A DNA stretch of 38,231 nt from Octopus bimaculoides (Eukaryota). Under the pieces are notes generated by a model. That model had not been told where the DNA came from. It did no database searches and saw only the letters and a list, made by a program, of their open reading frames with translations. Position 1 is the stretch's first letter. Each line of letters begins with the position of its first letter. The translations under genes were made by a program, and so were the position numbers. Below, piece by piece: positions 34,473-38,231 of this stretch. The stretch lies in NCBI RefSeq assembly GCF_001194135.2, contig NC_068983.1:18160811-18199041 (forward strand). The letters are read 5' to 3'.

Positions 34473-35894
34473 TTCATGAGTTCATTATGTGACTAAAACA
34501 CACACAGTTATCATCTGCATTGCCGCAAACAATCTAAGCAGTGTTACACATTAAGTGAAATTTTGTTCTTATTCTCACCGATTTATAATTATATATAGGT
34601 ATCTTTTTTATTTCCTTCCTCATTCAATTTATTAAATGCCAACAAATGTAATAAAGTATATTTTCTCGAGTATGATGACCCTAACATTTTATTTCCTATG
34701 ACAAGTGCTCCTTAATGTTCTGCATTTAAGTAATTATTGTCTCAACTTTACTGTGACAGCTGCAAGGCTTGCTACACTTTGCTGACTAAGTCATCATAAT
34801 GGAGAAAACAATTTAAATGTAATCTCACCGAATATTTGTAGCTAGGGTTTTAATATACCCTGCCTGGAATATGGTGATTATTTAGCTTAACTAGGCATCA
34901 TGTCAGTGAGGTTATAGCATAAGCGACCGAATCGAGTGCAATGCTACACATCGCTACGTTTATATTTTAGCATTTATAAATGTGCTGAACCAGATAAAAT
35001 GAATGTCAATGAAGTTCTTCAGAAACATTAAAATTTATAATGGACGGTCGTCTACGCAAATGCATAATTGCATTTCTCCTCCCATCATAGTTAATAACAA
35101 CATTTCTACGAATGCTGAGTACCACTCCTTAGCAGAAAATTTTGGTAGTTTATGAATTGTGAACAGCTTTTAAAGAACAGTTGATTTATCCTTATTGTTC
35201 TTGTTTGTCTTTCAATTTTCTAAGTTTTGTGATTTTTTGGTGAGCATTATTTCCTTTATTTATCGTCTGTTGAATCTTTCTTCTTTACAACATTCTCAGG
35301 TATTTGTTTAGACTGTATTGTGCGATGATGTATTTAGCTCTTACAATATATTTGTGATGTCTTCTATATACAAAACATTGATAGACACAGCCTCAAGTCT
35401 CAACTCACATAAATTTAAACACTTATGCTGAACTAAAGAAAATCAATATCCTGAATCAGAAACGGTGTGATATATAGTATTGCATTTAAAATTTAAACAA
35501 ATAGGCGAAATAATACTTTTTGACAGAATGCACACTGAGATAAAAAAAAAAAGAATTGGAAAATGACAGTTGCAATGCACAGTCAGTAGTAAAAAAATAT
35601 ACCCAAATGGCAATAAATCGCACAAACATGTGTACCAGACTCAACACACGGCATAGTATAGTTATATCTAGAGTTAGCATACATCATCGACAATTCCAAA
35701 TGTGAACAGTCTATAAAGAGTGATGTTTCAGTGGACAACAACTTTCTCTTTCAAAATTTTCTTCTTGTTCCAACGTGTCTTATCTGGTTCTGTATAAAAT
35801 TTTGTATGCTCCGCTATATTGAAGAGTGTTGGTTCCTAATATAGGCAGAGAATAACATATTTTGAGAAAGAATATAAATCGTCAATTATGTCAA

Positions 35895-36002
35895 TACTTG
35901 ACTAGTATATTAGTTTATCTTAGAGGAAGGATGAAATGCAAAATTTATGTAAGCGGAATTGGGAACCATTCAAAATAAATACTTCTTTAGCATCCATATG
36001 CC
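35895..36002 (-). mobile_element. Highly degenerate SINE remnant
   Basis: GAAGGATGAAATGCAAA...GCGGAATTGGGAACC resembles the reverse-complement central domain and B box seen at 34080-34130. Confidence 0.4.
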
Positions 36003-38139
36003 TGAAGAGATCATAGATCTCTCACTGGTATCTCTTAAAATAAGGGGAAGGTTTTCTCAAGGATGAATAGATGACTTGCAGATACCTATTCAACTAGTCT
36101 TCCCCACGCCATCTTTGCTGCTCAAAGGAAAGATCACATCGATTCGACTCACTTATATTAACACAGGATTTGCAAAACCGAAAGTGATGTGAACGTCAGA
36201 CTACATTATAGATTCCAGCTCCTGCTTTATAGTTTATTATATAACCCACATCCGGTAGCCGTCTGATTATGATATTCTTAAGTGATATCAGGAAAGCGTA
36301 CCATACTGGTTACGATGTTTGACTCGCGCTCATATGCTTATAAGTGGAGCAAACAACTTAATTTTACGTTACCCCATTCTGCTCAGCTGTAATAAGTACC
36401 AGGCAGGTTACTAGTTCTAGTGCAACAGTCTCCGTACCTCCAGTTGTCACATCCTAAATACTGTGCTGGGTTAAGGGTGAGCAAATGGAGACGTCTCCAT
36501 ATTATATCGGGTTCCAAAATAAGTAAGAAAAGCTGGGTGTATTTTACCAAGGTGCAATTTCTCTCGAGTTATGGCTGGCTGTACTTTTATCGACGTCGGC
36601 AAAATGAAATTTCAATTTGATATCAAAAAGAGATATTATAATTCCTCATGATCTCATATCGAAAGTAAATATTATTTTGCCTGAAAGAAATCAGTTCAAA
36701 TCGAGTCAAAAGAAATGTTTGTTAAATGCTAATTAATTAATATTCTACGCCGCAGAATATTCTAGTAGAGAACTAACGCTTAGTACAAGAGATAATAATT
36801 ATTATTTTAAATCCAGCAGTGTTGTGCTATTGCCCAGTTGTGCTTATGCAATTAAAAAAATTTGTCTAAGACTTTGCAAAATACATTAGTGATTCCAAGC
36901 ATGTATATTGATAACGGATGATCGTGTGCGAAAAATTTGTGATGGATTTTGCATGTTGATGACTCTCCTTGACACTACTTTCACTTTTTATCTGTTACAT
37001 ATGATTGATTTTCATCTCGAACGAAATTGGTTAACTAGAATATAACAAATGTGAGGCTCTATCCTAATTCTTAAAACACTACTACGGTTATGTGTTACAA
37101 TTTGACTTCTCTTTTACTTGTACGTGTATATCATCGATAATTTTACACGTTGTAAAATTTTATCTATAAAAGACATCTTTTGAAACGCACACACATGCGC
37201 ATGAATTGTCTTTTTTTTTGTTAAAATAAACTTATTTTTTGTGATCGAATTCAACATGTCAGTACAACAATTAGACAAAGTGTGATCTCTATTGACCTTT
37301 TTTTCGACATTACTGTATTTTTATAGATAATAGCTTATAAGGAAGACATATGAAAAAGCAATTTTACTCAAATGTATTCATGAAATATTTTTTTCCACTA
37401 ATTTCGATTTTTGATGCCAAACTATATTTTCGCCATTCTTTCAAAACAATTTTAGAGACGTTTCTCTTTCTTATAATTTTTAATACTTTTTCTATATTTC
37501 CTGCGTTTATTCAAATCAAAGACATTTTAAATCTTTCAAGTTTCCTATGTTAAGTTGGACGCATGCGTAGAACATCTTTTGATCTATAAACCTTTGTGAC
37601 AATAATCTACATAATAGATCAAAATAATCGTTAATTCTATTTTATTGCTTGGTTTCAAAACAATTTGCTTCATTTTAGAATTCTTTATATCTTTTTTAAA
37701 CGGCTGCCAAGAAAATAACAATAATTTGATGTCTATACTAACTATTCATGCAAGAGAATTATATTTTTGTGTTATTCTATAAGAATCAAGTATGTATTTT
37801 TATATATCAGATTACACGTTAATTTTTTTTTTATTTTGATATGTGAACGAAAAGAAAAAAGTAAAGTGTATGATAATCTAATTCTCTTCGATACTTTTTT
37901 GTTGTCTTCCCTATAAGTGTGTGTCAGTGTTATCTATTTAGGAGTGAAAGCTTAATAACTTTCCTGAGATATATATTTAAATATAAAGAGAATGGCAAAA
38001 TTTCTATAAATCATTTGCTTTCAGTCATGTTACCAATTTCATGGTGCTCAAGTTGTTGCTGCTACTACTTCTTTCATGACCCTAATTCCTCATGTGATGT
38101 AGGCATTTGAGACATACAGTTATAGATATATAAAGCATT

Positions 38140-38140
<1 letters not shown>

Positions 38141-38230
<90 letters not shown>

Positions 38231-38231
38231 C
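38141..38231. repeat. (TCTA)n microsatellite
   Basis: Directly visible; runs to the window end. Confidence 0.97.

Noticed and set aside
36001-36025. CTGAAGA plus a GAGATC-ATA-GATCTC hairpin
   Set aside because: No GAAA after the hairpin, so it is not a hammerhead.
1-38231. CRISPR arrays, rRNA genes, prokaryotic operons
   Set aside because: No regularly spaced repeat-spacer array, no rRNA-like sequence and no dense long ORFs; the window is metazoan intron-like DNA.

Overview
AT-rich, microsatellite-laden eukaryotic draft-assembly DNA with many N gaps. The SINE/MITE families look like those of a coleoid cephalopod, probably Octopus (inference from repeat recognition, no search run). Almost all ORF-track entries are microsatellite or gap artefacts. 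Recognisable coding sequence is decayed transposon: a CR1/L2-like LINE ORF2 piece, two Penelope-like element (PLE) GIY-YIG remnants, an RTE LINE 5' end, Tc1 and mariner 5' fragments, and an internally deleted Helitron. There are also many tRNA-derived SINEs and a piggyBac-type MITE. Several small, phase-compatible candidate exons suggest a + strand host gene with long introns, but I do not recognise its product. The most striking signal is a set of hammerhead-ribozyme (HHR) folds. Two have an intact core and all three helices (8613-8696 +; 32967-33061 -). One is a near-intact mirror copy of the second (33241-33335 +), and the two mirror copies lie in the arms of a 165-bp inverted repeat. Two more are degenerate and sit in PLE-type repeats (7934-7970 -; 20743-20795 +). 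All folds were done by eye and none is experimentally shown to cleave.
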